DNA of 63,147 nt, counting the filler, from Bigelowiella natans CCMP2755 (taxonomy: Eukaryota > Protista > Cercozoa): assembly GCA_000320545.1 (NCBI GenBank). It is 12 parts of 12 records of this genome, joined end to end, with 100 filler letters (N's around TTAATTAATTAA, not from the genome) between each part and the next. Parts side by side here need not be neighbours in the genome. Positions count along the whole stretch, not along the records: positions 1 to 7,349 come from ADNK01002743.1; positions 7,450 to 10,772 come from ADNK01003096.1; positions 10,873 to 14,224 come from ADNK01003655.1; 9 more parts are not named here. One strand, written 5' to 3'. Shown here in pieces: positions 1 through 12,274 of the stretch; the first letter of the stretch is position 1; the number at the start of each line of letters is the position of its first letter. The translations under genes and the position numbers were made by a program. The notes under the pieces are model-generated. The model saw nothing but the letters and a program-made list of their open reading frames with translations. It ran no database searches and had not been told where the DNA came from.

Positions 1-159
1 GATCCTAGATCTGTTGTGGATCGAATGCTGATAGTGAGAGGGTGCATGTGGATTGCTTTGTCTTAACGACACTGCAAACACACACACACACACACACACA
101 CCACGCACACATTTACTTAGATCCGCACGCATGCACGCGACAACCCCTACCACTGCAGG

Positions 160-534
160 ATGGGCCTAAATACAGGCCTTTCTTGGCGATTCTGACCCAT
201 GGGTCGCATACCGTCTTTCTTTTCTACAAAACGCTAGCAGATTCTAGGTAGCGTGATGAATTGGGTAGGCTCCTTGCTCCTCGTTGACCTCGAAGCATCA
301 TCGTCGTTCTGATTAGTAATTCCGCGGCCTCAACACCCCCCCCCCCCCCTCCCCATACGTTATCAGGAGCGATGGGAAAACAAACACAGGGGCGCTGGAA
401 TTGCTGCTGCAGCCCAGGAGCTTGCTCGTATTTTCACAGGTAGTAGCAGGTGGCCTCCCCCCCTCCCAATGCGGAAAGCGTCTTCTCGCGTACTAGCATG
501 CTGCATACAATGTGATATGGAGCATCCACACGGG

Positions 535-609
<75 letters not shown>

Positions 610-979
610 TACATGCATCTGCTACCACATACGTTTGTTCCATGCCGTTGCTCCTGGATTTGACTCCTACCGTGCATGCGTTGCCCTGCTGCATGCCCTG
701 CGTGTTGTCGCCGCTCAGAGCGCATACAAACGCCTTTTCCACGGCATCGCGGAAAGAGACACCGACCTAATTTCGACTGGTACGATTTCTGCCGAGAAGG
801 CCGTTGATGCTGCTGCTGCTGGTGGTGGTGGTGGTGGGGCCACGGATCTTAACGATAAAAGCGATGAGATTAGTATTAAGTCTGCAGTTCCAAACCAAGA
901 CGCGGCGTATCGTCGCCGTTCTGTGGTAATGAAGCGTGGGAAGCGGTTGTCGCTGACAATTAGAGAGGTCGTTAGATGA
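160..979 (+). CDS. 3' exons of a hypothetical multi-exon gene
   Basis: Open segments bounded by AG/GT (160-248, ~366-440) and a terminal exon ending ...RRRSVVMKRGKRLSLTIREVVR* at 979, separated by microsatellite introns. No recognisable domain. Confidence 0.4.
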
Positions 980-1399
980 CAACGATAGCAATGCACAGAC
1001 AGCGAACACGATTACGTGCGTGGTTCTTCAATCAGTCCATCAGGCGAGTCCTTGTCGCAAAGCATCGCATCTCATAGTAGCTCATGGCAAATTTGAGTTT
1101 TACCACATGCGCATGCAAGCATAGAGTAGTAGCATTGGTGTCGAACATGACTATATGACAGGTAGCTATGTGCCTGTCAATTGTCGACATCATACGCAAA
1201 TTACGTCGTGTGCGCGCAGATTTGAATTCAAAAATGAAATACATGCAGCTTGTACTAGCTAGCTAGTGTATAAACAAAGCAGCGGCCATTTGACTGCTAA
1301 ACAAAACATGCGCAAAATCGAGATGTAGGCTATTCACTAGTAGCTCATTCATTACTTTTGTGTGTGTATTGATGTATATGTGTCACATTTCGCCTCATT

Positions 1400-3370
1400 C
1401 CAAAGGCAAATGAAGAACTTAATACCCCTCTAAATGGAAGGACGATCTCTCTCCTACAAGTAGCTTCAAAGATGGAAGACAAACTAGTAGAACACCGTCT
1501 TCGCGAAGCTGTGCCTCCCAAAAACATGAGTGAACACCAATGCGCATTCATGAAAAATGGATCCTGCGAAACAGCACTGACGAAAATGACGCAAACAATC
1601 GAGGATGGAGTACGTGACAAAAAACTCGCAGCCATCACATTGTTTGCAGATGCCTCTAAAGCCTACCCAAAAGCATGGCACTCCGGCATTGTTCGCAAAC
1701 CATGTCACAAGTGTGGAATGCGAGGCTCCCTGACATTGTGGATAGACGACTGGCTTAGAAATCGCACTGCCAGATTCAAATTTGGCAACTCCTTCTCTGA
1801 ACCTATGAATCTGGAGAGCGGAGTTCCTGAAGGATCGTCGCTCAGCTGCTTCCTGTTCATGACATGTTGCGACATTTGTGAACACATGAAAAACACTGAT
1901 TTCCAAATCTGCTGTGACGACGTCACACCATGCAAATCATTTTCCCCCAAGCGATGGGGGAAAATGCAAGATGATATCCAAGAGGATCTAAACAAAATGA
2001 CGGAATGGTGCATGAAATGGCGGATGCGGTTCAATGGGGACAAGAGCGGATGCCTCATCATGGACAAAAGAAACAAAGCCCACCAACACCAAACTTCTTG
2101 GAACATTTCTCTGAATCTCCAGGGCAACACAAAAAGGGTCGACAGCGGCCGATGTCTCGGTTTGATCTTGGACAACAAACTGACCTTCGAAAAACATGCT
2201 CTCGCTTCTCACCTGAAGTTGCAAAAAAAGAGAAGGTTCTCATTGAGGTCATGTTGTTTCAGATGCTTCATGCCGCTAAATGTCAGACTGAAATTTTGCA
2301 AAACATGGTTCACTGCATCGAGCAGATGCGCGGCTCCAATGTGGAGATCACGCAAAAACAAGCGCATCAAACAGCTGGATTCGTTGGAAACCCACACCCT
2401 GAAAAGAGTGTTGGGATCACCTGGATCCATCTCCAACGACGTTCCCCACGTCATTTCAGGCACATTGCCACCCCGATGTCAAACCACAGTGCAATGTGCA
2501 AAATCGTGGTTGCGCACTAACGCATGGATCGACAAGGGGAACGGCCATGAAGTGCACGAGGGCGCAAACGTTTGGAGCAGTTGCGGTTGCACAATTGAAA
2601 ATCGAAAAATCACAGATGACACATCGTGGATTCATGTGCCCACAAAAACATGGAACAAAGTGTCCTTGTTTCGCCGGCTCAAGTCGATGGCTGACGACCT
2701 GTTGGAGGACGAGCTTCCCACCATTTTGACGACACCAAACACGCTCAAACGTGATTTGGAAAAACATCACAATCTGATCAAGTCCTCTGCTCGCATCAAG
2801 TTCGAGGAGGAATGGACCCATGATTTCGTGAGAGCTGTGCATCTCAAGAATCTTGGATTCCTTCCATCATCGCAGATCACTGGCATCAATCTGAAACTGC
2901 CCAGCATTGCTACATCATGGATGCGCGCCATCTGTGGAGTGGGCAATCTCGGCAAATTCATGTTGTCACGTGGACAATGTGATGTGACAGATGCCACATG
3001 CAATGCATGTGGAATCCTGAAGGACATGGATCATCTCCTGCAATGTCCAACACATGGCCAACAACGATCCAGATTGCGCAATCAAATGACCGCAATCATG
3101 AACCGCAACGACGAGACGAAGCGGCTGACAAAGGCTGAAAAAAATTCAAGAACTGCTGCGCGCAATGCGCGTCATCTTCGGTCGAAAGAGAATGCTTTTG
3201 TCGCGCCTTGCCACACTTTTGCATGCATGAAGTGCATCGTGGCAGAAACCAACAGACACATCATCAGCGCTGTAGCCGCTGCATTGCACAGCTACATCAG
3301 GATGACCATTGAAAAAATTCAATTTGTTCATTACATCCGTCTCATATGCACATATGTGTGTACATATTGA
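1400..3370 (+). mobile_element. 5'-truncated, degenerate non-LTR retrotransposon (LINE) ORF2: reverse transcriptase plus C-terminal zinc knuckle
   Basis: RT motifs RTISLL..SKMEDKLV, FADASKAYPKAWH (cf. DxSKAFDxVxH), GVPEGSSLS (cf. GVPQGSxLSP), CCDD (cf. YADD), W..KWRMRFN..KS and RCLGLILDNKLTF (cf. KYLGxxLD), then CNACG..DMDHLLQCP. Catalytic motifs are mutated, so it is inactive. Confidence 0.9.
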
Positions 3371-3757
3371 CCACAAACTTCATTTCTTTTAGCATCATTG
3401 TGAACGAGTAACCTGTCGCATGATGTGCACACTACAGGCATACTCAAATAACACACACAGCATCGTCTAGATGTGCAGCACCAACGCATCACAACGCGGC
3501 GCTACATGCTGGCATATCGCACACCCCTAGCAGACACGCGCAATGTTGTGCAAAGACGACCATTGCGAATTATATTCCTGCTGCATGATAGACATGCAAC
3601 ATGTTACACACATATTTGCACTGTACGTCAACAACAAAATGAGGACTCAATGCAAACTGCAACAATTGCACACCAACATTGCATGGGCGCGCATTGCTAG
3701 TGACATGCTCTGGATGCTGCTAATGTGCATCAGCGCACGACTCTCTTCTTATCCTCA

Positions 3758-4067
3758 ATTGACAGACTGTCGTCGGCCTACATCGTCATCTCCGCCATTG
3801 CCGTCGCCGAGGACGCCTCCCCAGCTAACGGGGTTGAAATCAATACCAGCCCCTGCGAAGGAAGTGTGAGAAAGAAAACAATTAGTTCGTCATCCGAAGC
3901 CCCCCGTCGGTGCTTTAGGCTCGAGCGCTCTCGCAGCGGCGTTCTCGCATCTTACCGGTGACTTTCGTGTCCAGACTGCTTCCCATGCTCTCCCCAGGAA
4001 TGTGCGAGACTTTCCGGGGTTGTACTGATCAATGGGTGCGTGCGTGCGTGTGTGTGTGTGTGTGTGT

Positions 4068-4115
<48 letters not shown>

Positions 4116-4191
4116 TAGTGTTATATGACCTGAGAGCTGGTTGGATTGGACGGGTTCAGGGGGCACGAATTTATCCTCCTCTGCAATAATT

Positions 4192-4235
<44 letters not shown>

Positions 4236-4594
4236 GTGTGTGTGTGTGTGTGTGTCTGTGTGTGTGTCTGTGTGTGTGTGTGTGTGTGTGTGCTTGTGCT
4301 TGTGCTCGCGTGCGCGTTTGTATGACTGCGCAAGACTATAATGGAGTTATTTTGCTGATTCACATGTCCTCCTTATGGCTTTGAATAAGACACCTTCTCC
4401 GTCGTCTCCAGAGGCTAGGAGGAGGGGGTTCGGCACGCCACGGGGCTCATACTTTGCCTAATATGCACATATATGCAGCAGGCAACATTGAAGTTGAGTG
4501 AAAACAGCAAGTGTTATTCCTTTGAGATATAGAGAGAACAATCGGTTTCTAAGTTGGTGCTGCCATTACACACATACATACACACACACATATG

Positions 4595-4631
<37 letters not shown>

Positions 4632-4674
4632 ATATTTATACTTATATTATATGTTATACATATCGAAACTACAT

Positions 4675-4715
<41 letters not shown>

Positions 4716-4906
4716 CCTCTAATGGATTCGCCATAATTAGTTTATAATCTCCTTGCGAAGCTACGGTACCGAGAAATAAGACGCACACAACAACCACAGT
4801 TCAGCCATGCAACCGGTTAAAGGCGAAAATGTTTGAAACATTTATTATCTAGTTAATGTAAGACTAACAAGTAAGTAAGAAGTATGCATTGTGGTGTGTG
4901 TGGGAA

Positions 4907-4948
<42 letters not shown>

Positions 4949-5465
4949 GGGAGAGAGAAGAGAGAGTGCGCTCATCGTTGCAACGAATACATTAGTAGTA
5001 GTTTGATTGGAAATAGCCTAATAATAGAGCACTGTCCTCTCAGAGTTAGTAGGAGTTGGTTTTTGGTAGTCTGTCTACAACGCGCCCCCACCTAAGCTGA
5101 TCGGCGTCATCGATGTGGCCGTGACTTCCAAATCAACGCTGTTCGCAATTTATTTGTGAAATTTTGAGAACTCGCCCTCAGGCAAGCGCACACTTAGATA
5201 AGTATCAAATCACCCCCCTCCCCCCCCCCCCCTCGCCCCCCCCTCACTGCCTCCCTTTCTATAGACACGTGTTTTTCGTTTTAATATATCGGAAAGTCAT
5301 GCCGAAGGGCTTTGTGGATGTGCGGACATGCATTGTAGCACACAGCGGGTAGCCGTTATTATTATTACTTGCAAAACTTATCATGAAGGAACTTCTCCCG
5401 TTTGGGCCAACAGTTCTGGATGAAAAACAGGATCAGGCACAATGTAGTCGGCAGTAAAACGGGTA

Positions 5466-5511
<46 letters not shown>

Positions 5512-5971
5512 GATGCCTCATATACACCGGAGTCCAAATTGATTGCATCACGTCATGCCACATAAATAATTTGTATATGACATATAATATGTATAAATAA
5601 ATAAATAAATATATATATTAGAATTCGCTGTAACTAGAATAAAATATGTCTACATAACAGGTATACTCAGGCACTCTTAGTATCTGCGTGCCTAACCGTC
5701 CTATCGATGTTGTTGTTAATGGTGTTGGTGATGGTGCATTGCATTATGAGCACCTGAAGCATGAAATCTGCTAGAATGGAAGCGACGGAAAGAAGCCCTG
5801 TTCGGTGTTGTACAAATGAACTTTTATACAATATTCGCACATATATGTGTTATGTATCTTCCTCTCAAACCTCCCCCCCCCCCTCCCTCTCTCTCTCGCT
5901 CTCTCTTTGACACACCTATTCACATATGCATTTGCATCTCATTCGAATTAGAGGATTGTGTGTGTGTGCGT

Positions 5972-6037
<66 letters not shown>

Positions 6038-6477
6038 GAGAGTATACAAATCAACGAAATTTGATAACTTCGCATGCAACTGTAGTCATCATTGTTATCG
6101 TCGTCATAAATGATACGAGAATGGAAAGACGCAAAGACAGGATCATCGTTCACGCCGTCTACTAACCTAGTCCGGCACCAAGAGCAACCAGCAAGTTTAC
6201 CTTTTACCATAACACCACTTAGTCTAAACAATTTACTACTACTATTATCCAGAAATGCTGGCTGCAATAGCTGATATTCCAAGCTACCGTTCCTATTAGC
6301 TGCTCTTCCACATAAAATGGCGGACGCCGAGGTCGCACACGCACGAAATAATTCGAAATAATAACTCATCGGCGCTTTTTCTTTTGGGAAGGACTGATTT
6401 TGAATCATGAATTACTATGAAGAATTGTCCTGCTTGGCCATAAATTGTCACGACAACGCGGATACCTTAGAAAGACA

Positions 6478-6549
<72 letters not shown>

Positions 6550-7154
6550 AAACAGCACACAGAATGATATGCTTTTGTTTAAACAATGTTGCTCCCTAAT
6601 CATATCTAATTTTATCCCCTTCGCGCTGCGGAAAAGAAGCTAGATTGAGTGCTGTTTTTGTGTTTCTGCGCCGGCGTTACCATAGAGTTTCTTCATGACT
6701 CTGTGCGTCTCGTTCACGGGATTGACGTACTGAATCATCCGGTAGTTGAAACCGTCGCCTGCATGCATGATTAAAGGAAGAAGTTGTGCTTTGCAAAACA
6801 AGGTGATGCATGCGCCACTGCTATCGTGCTGTGTGTGTTTTTGCCTGTGAGTTATGAAAACCCTCTGAGCAAAACCATCATCGTCATCATTAATCGCCAT
6901 CGTCATCATCTTTCTTCGTCATCAAGGCGACGCAGAAGGCGCTCTCTCTCCTTCGGCATCAAGCACACCTTCATCAATGCGAGAGAAATCCCACGTTGGA
7001 AAGCAGTCTTGCACATCTAAATATCGAGGATGATGATAGTGATGACGATGAGGCCGAGGTTCATAAGAGACTTACTACGACTGCTGCTGCAAGAAAGGTG
7101 CGACTCGCAATAGCAGGTGGCGTAATCAATGCAAATGACGAATGCAGTTGCATA

Positions 7155-7196
<42 letters not shown>

Positions 7197-7340
7197 CTCG
7201 AATCTTCATCGCAATCGTAATGCGCCTTCGCAAGCAGCACGGCGCCGTTCTCACGAATCTCCTCAAAATCACTGAGGACCAAAAGAATTACAAATGCTGA
7301 CGATAAACAAACCAGCATGTCCAATATTGCAGGAGGCTGC
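3758..7340 (-). CDS. Hypothetical multi-exon gene (partial)
   Basis: A series of short minus-strand exons between microsatellite introns (e.g. DFEEIRENGAVLLAKAHYD, GFNYRMIQYVNPVNETHRVMKKLYG, RFTADYIVPDPVFHPELL, EDKFVPLNPSNP), with a last exon AGIDFNPVSWGGVLGDG..SVN*. No domain recognised. Confidence 0.35.
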
Positions 7341-7349
7341 TGTGCATGC

Positions 7350-7449
7350 NNNNNNNNNNNNNNNNNNNNNNNNNNNNNNNNNNNNNNNNNNNNTTAATTA
7401 ATTAANNNNNNNNNNNNNNNNNNNNNNNNNNNNNNNNNNNNNNNNNNNN
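7350..7449. other. Artificial contig spacer N44-TTAATTAATTAA-N44 (also at 10773, 14225, 16806, 18080, 20588, 21880, 23755, 24952, 27462, 59528)
   Basis: Eleven identical 100-bp blocks whose core gives stop codons in all six frames. This is an assembly linker, not biology. Confidence 0.97.
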
Positions 7450-7609
7450 GCACCTGGTCGGGAACAAAGTAGTTTGTTGCTCCCTCAGCACGCTCCGCCC
7501 TCCCCTCTCTCTTACCAAGATTGCTCTTGAGCGCTAGAGAGAGCGCAATCAGTCATCGCTTCCTTAGTCATCCGCAGAAGAGCTATGTTCTCTTGAGAGA
7601 GTATCACAA

Positions 7610-7651
<42 letters not shown>

Positions 7652-8493
7652 TCTCTTACCCATTCATCCTTTGTGGCGAGCTCATGCATTATGGCTTGGA
7701 TTGCTAAGATATAATTGTATAGCGTATATTAGACTACCGGTAGTAGTAGTAGTAGTAGTAACACATTTACGTACTGGATGTAGTAGTATAAACACAATGT
7801 ATGCACCGCGTGCTGTTCGATAGAAGAGGAGGAAGGGAAGATGGAGGAGGGGATAATGTGGATTTTGTATCTAGAATATTTCTCGTCATTCTAATCATCT
7901 CCAAGCCCAGCTGTTAATGATCATATATTTTCTTATTCTTCTTCTCATCACTACTACGGGGGAATTACGTTTGAAGAGGCGTATGTCTCTCCACGGTTTC
8001 GGAGATGTGCGGAGCTGGTACAGCTCTGGCGTCCAACACGTGTTGTCAAGGTCAAACACGAGCAGTTTTGGACGGGGATCCCCAGGCTTTAGAACGTTAC
8101 TCACGGGCAGCGTATCTGCGACGTGGAGGTGGCAAATCACAAGCATTGACATTTAACTAAGGTTTCTCTAAACAAAGTTTACAGGGTAGGAGGGGGATGC
8201 GTATGTTTGACTTTAGCACTATTTTTACCCCAGTCCTTCTTGAATTTTCCGGCTTTAGTCTGGAGCTGGGAAGAGAGAATAGCGCGATTATTATTTGTGT
8301 TATCCACCTCCCCTCGCCACCCCCTATCGCATCCTCTCCTTCCGCAGAATGTGCTTGCTACGGGCTTAATCAGCAGGCCTTTGAGATGATCACTGCTCTT
8401 GCGAATACTTGTTGCTTTGCTTCTGAGCGTCAAAGTTGCCTGAGAAGAAGAAGAAGAAGAAGAAGAAGAAGAAGAAGAAGAAGACACAGACAT
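7450..8493 (-). CDS. MDP1: Magnesium-dependent phosphatase 1-like HAD phosphatase (5' part), with a long Ser/Arg-rich N-terminal extension
   Basis: PKLLVFDLDNTCWTPELYQL..RDIRLF matches the MDP-1 motif I (DLDxTxW). The next exon reads AIQAIMHELATKDEW. The gene is truncated by the spacer. Confidence 0.7.
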
Positions 8494-8870
8494 TACTGCT
8501 GTTGTAATCTAGTGAAAAATTATGGTGCATGTTTTATATTTTATGTATGAACTTCCCATTTTGGCGCCGTATTTTTCCATTCCAATACTAAGACGACTCG
8601 CAATAGGCGAGAGAGCGATGGGCAATCAGAAAGAAAAAATGTAACGGCAGCAGCCCACTAATTTTCTTCTTCACCCTCTTCTATTTTATTTATCCAACTA
8701 CCCACTCCCATCCACTTTCAAATACCTACCGCTGATAAAAATGCTAGGAGGGAAAGCATGTGTGTCAATAATCCCCCCACAGACAAACACACAGACAGAC
8801 AGAACGTAGAGGGGGGCACTCCTTTTCTGAATTGTGATGCAGGTCACGTAGATACCCCGATCTTTGCTGA

Positions 8871-8995
8871 TTCCATTGCATTTCTATGCTGCGACAACAA
8901 GATCATTGTTGTTTATTCCAGCACATTTCTATACTGCGACAACAAGATCATCATTGCTTATTCCAGTGCATTTCTATACTGCGACAATGAGATTT
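8871..8995. repeat. 45-bp tandem repeat, ~2.7 copies
   Basis: Unit ttccagcacatttctatactgcgacaacaagatcatcattgctta, repeated with few substitutions. Confidence 0.85.
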
Positions 8996-9726
8996 GGAAA
9001 TCGTACTCAGGTGAACGTAGGATCAATTTTTGTGCTCGAGACACATGTTTCCGATGATCCTCCCCGTTGTCCATCTCATCTCGTCATCACTTCATTACAT
9101 CTCTTGAAAGAATAAGGATCTGGATGAGTGACTGTGCCCTTCACGACAATTATTGAGGACTCTTTTCTCCCATCATCATCATCACAAATGCGTGCGAAGA
9201 AGGCAGGGTGAGAACATTCTGTACAGATAGGCTAGATTTCTGGTTGTTGTGATAATGCTTCGCCTGTAGTAGCTGTAGTAGGTGTTTAGCATTCATCTCC
9301 AAATGTTGATAACTTTGCAGATTGACTAGTTATCCACGACGACTGAGTCCTGTCTCGGCCGCACTGTTATTCATCGGAGGGATGACTGTAGGATTCGGTC
9401 TACCGAAAATGCTGCTGCTATATGTGCAGGTTTTAAATATCGATATCACTCAATCAAGTTATAAACCGAATATATTGTATGGAATGTCGCATGGTTTATG
9501 AATAACAATGGAGAAGATTTATTGCCCGCTAGATTGTGTGTGTGTGCCACCAAGTTTAGAGTCACAAAGACAACATGCTTTGGAATAAAAACCACCTTAG
9601 GTTCAGTCGTTCGGTAAGCACCATTCATCGCACCATCTCGATGCTCATAGGACATCGTTCACCTCTTCATCCTCCTCCCCTTCTTCGTCGCTCCACGATC
9701 CCATCGTCAGAGAAAGCAATGAGAAG

Positions 9727-10710
9727 ATGAGAAGGGGGTTCCAGACTCTACTCTTCCCTTCCATTTCTATGGAGAAGGAGGAGGAGGAGGAGGAGGAGGA
9801 GAGAAGCGAGAACACAATGACAGAAGATAAATCGTCATTACCATTCAGAGATGCTGGTGACCCTGAAACCGTTCCATCTGCCCCCATTACTGTTGTTTCT
9901 GAATGGACGGATTGCCGTACCTCGGGGGGGGGCTGCAAGGACAAAGCACTGATTTTCACCATGGACTCAATACAGGTGGTGTATCAACATTAAAGGCGAC
10001 CTATTCCATATTTGATCGAAGAAGGATATCCATACTCATACTTTCCATCCTCTCTCTTTCTCTCTCCCATCTCTTCTTTTTTTAGAGCCGTGTCGATGAG
10101 AGTAAGAGCGGAGGGGCATCTGGAGAGATCACAATACGTTTAGCACTTCAGAATGGTCTCGGGGTCGGTTATTCTTCTGCCTGTTGTCGTTCCTCAATAT
10201 ATACAGCTACAAGTGTAAATATGTGTGCCTGTTGCCTGTGTGCGTGTTGTGCATCAATATGCATGCATACATGCATGCATGTGTGCGTTTGTGAGTGTGT
10301 GTGTGTGATTGGCGGCGTCGTATTATTCTTCATTAACATGTAATGCCCCTCCTTCTCCACGCTTCCTCGTCTTTCTTCTCTGAATCATGGTCTCTAATAT
10401 CGTTTGTTATATAGAACCTTGGTGTGGAGAGCATTGTTGCACGTAGTGACGCCCAATTTGAGTGTAAGTAGTATGTAGTCATCAAAGAGCATTTAGTAGC
10501 TGCATTCGAGCAAGCAGAGAAAAATATGTGAATACGTAGCAAGAATAAACAATGCTCATGATGATTCTATTACTTACTTACCCCCTGCCCCTTCACCCCT
10601 CTGCTTATCTATTTTCCCTACCACTTCATATCTGTGTGTTTTGTGACCGAAAATAGCTCAAAATATGGACGATTTCAAGCTGATATTCTTGGATCCATGG
10701 ACATGGGTAA
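9727..10710 (+). CDS. Partial multi-exon gene, possibly a glycosyltransferase (GT18/MGAT5-like)
   Basis: Exons ..KALIFTMDSIQ / SRVDESKSGGASGEITIRLALQNGL / NLGVESIVARSDAQF / DDFKLIFLDPWTW. The GGxSGE segment and xxIFxD resemble GT18 motifs, but the match is weak. Confidence 0.3.
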
Positions 10711-12274
10711 GTGCAAGAGAGGAATACGAAAACAATCATCAATTTTGATGAATGCCACCACTAACAGCATCANNNNNNNNNNNNNNNNNNNNNNNNNNNN
10801 NNNNNNNNNNNNNNNNTTAATTAATTAANNNNNNNNNNNNNNNNNNNNNNNNNNNNNNNNNNNNNNNNNNNNGTAGTAGTGTGGTGGGTCGGGTGGGGTC
10901 GCGGGGGGGGGGCGAAGGGAGTGAGTATATCTCACAACCGTTTGTTGGCCGCTTGTTGCTTGGAAATGAACCTTTGGCAGTTATCGTGGAATCGCGAGTC
11001 CAACGACAAAAAGCTTTCGGATTCGACAAGGAGGAGAAATGGAGGTAGTAGGAATAGTGACTATGCAAGAAGAGGCAGAATGTTGCGGTCTACATGTCTG
11101 CAGGCTGACTTCCACGTAGCACTGTACAACTAAGATTTCTCCTCCTCCGTACTTTGTTTTGATAATGCCGTGCGTAGCTGGGGGGAGCGGTAGTAGATCT
11201 GGCCCGAGCTCATCTTCTTCATATGGGCGGAGGAGGGGCAGCTCTGTCCCAGGAGGCGGAGGTGGCAGACGAAGAGGTAGAGAAGTGATATATTTCTTCT
11301 CTTTCATGTGCGACTTCCCTGCAAAATCCAATGTTTGGTCTCATTTTTTGAAATTTTTGAAAGGATATGGTGGGACATCCTCATCGTCGCCAGGAGGCAA
11401 GCCTCTCTCCCGCTTATCGCGTTCCCGCAGATAATGCCATCTTAGCAATGAGTTACTGGCAACAACGGAGACAATCCGAATGATGTACTGATCACACTCC
11501 AACTCCCAAAAATGAAAATTACGGCTCAGGCAGCCAGACATTTCTAGATTTCCATTCATGTAAACTCTCATCATCAGGCATGTGTAGATTCATAGCAGGT
11601 ATGTATGTATGCATTGGCGCATCGATAGCAGCCAACGTCATGTTAGCAGTGTTCGCTCGATGCGACGCCATTCAGCACAAACACATGAGGTTGTTGTGGA
11701 GCAGCCACTCATTGCAGCGCAATCGGCACAAACTTTACGTAGGATGGTCGACTATATTTGCTATAAAGGTTTATAATCACTTCATTACGTCTGATAAATC
11801 GCTGTAATAATTTGGTAAATAATCGATCGATATTCGTCCGATCCATACATGCCTAAAATTTTGCTACACACGATACTACGTATATGGCTAGCTATAGCTA
11901 CATTAATAGATATCTACACTAGTACAAGTCTATGTATATAAAAAGATCAAGATGAGCTAATCCTACCATTGTCGATATCCGTGTCGTACTGTATGCGAGT
12001 GTCCATGCTTCAGATCTGGACGTTGTAATTTCCACAGCAGTAGCCTAAGTACATCCGGCTTCGATGATTATTTGTCTTAAAGAGCTAACAATCAATCGGT
12101 CACAGTGCAAGAGATATCGATGCTATATTGTCCAAGTGTGTGCTTTCGGACGTTGGACGCTCTAAAATAAGTAGGTTGAGTGCCAAACATGCAAGAAACC
12201 CGTCCGACATACATACACTATATTGATCTTATTACCTCTCCATCATATCAACTGCCGACGTGACCACTTGATCA

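Noticed and set aside
1484-3027. Many long overlapping ORFs on both strands (also 41600-42900 and 56550-57750)
   Set aside because: A by-product of TpA loss removing TAA/TAG stops, not overlapping genes.
1680-3300. Explaining the CA/TG excess by methyl-CpG deamination, fungal RIP or ADAR editing
   Set aside because: CpG is abundant, RIP would create TpA rather than remove it, and the changes occur on both strands with TAG under-targeted, unlike ADAR.
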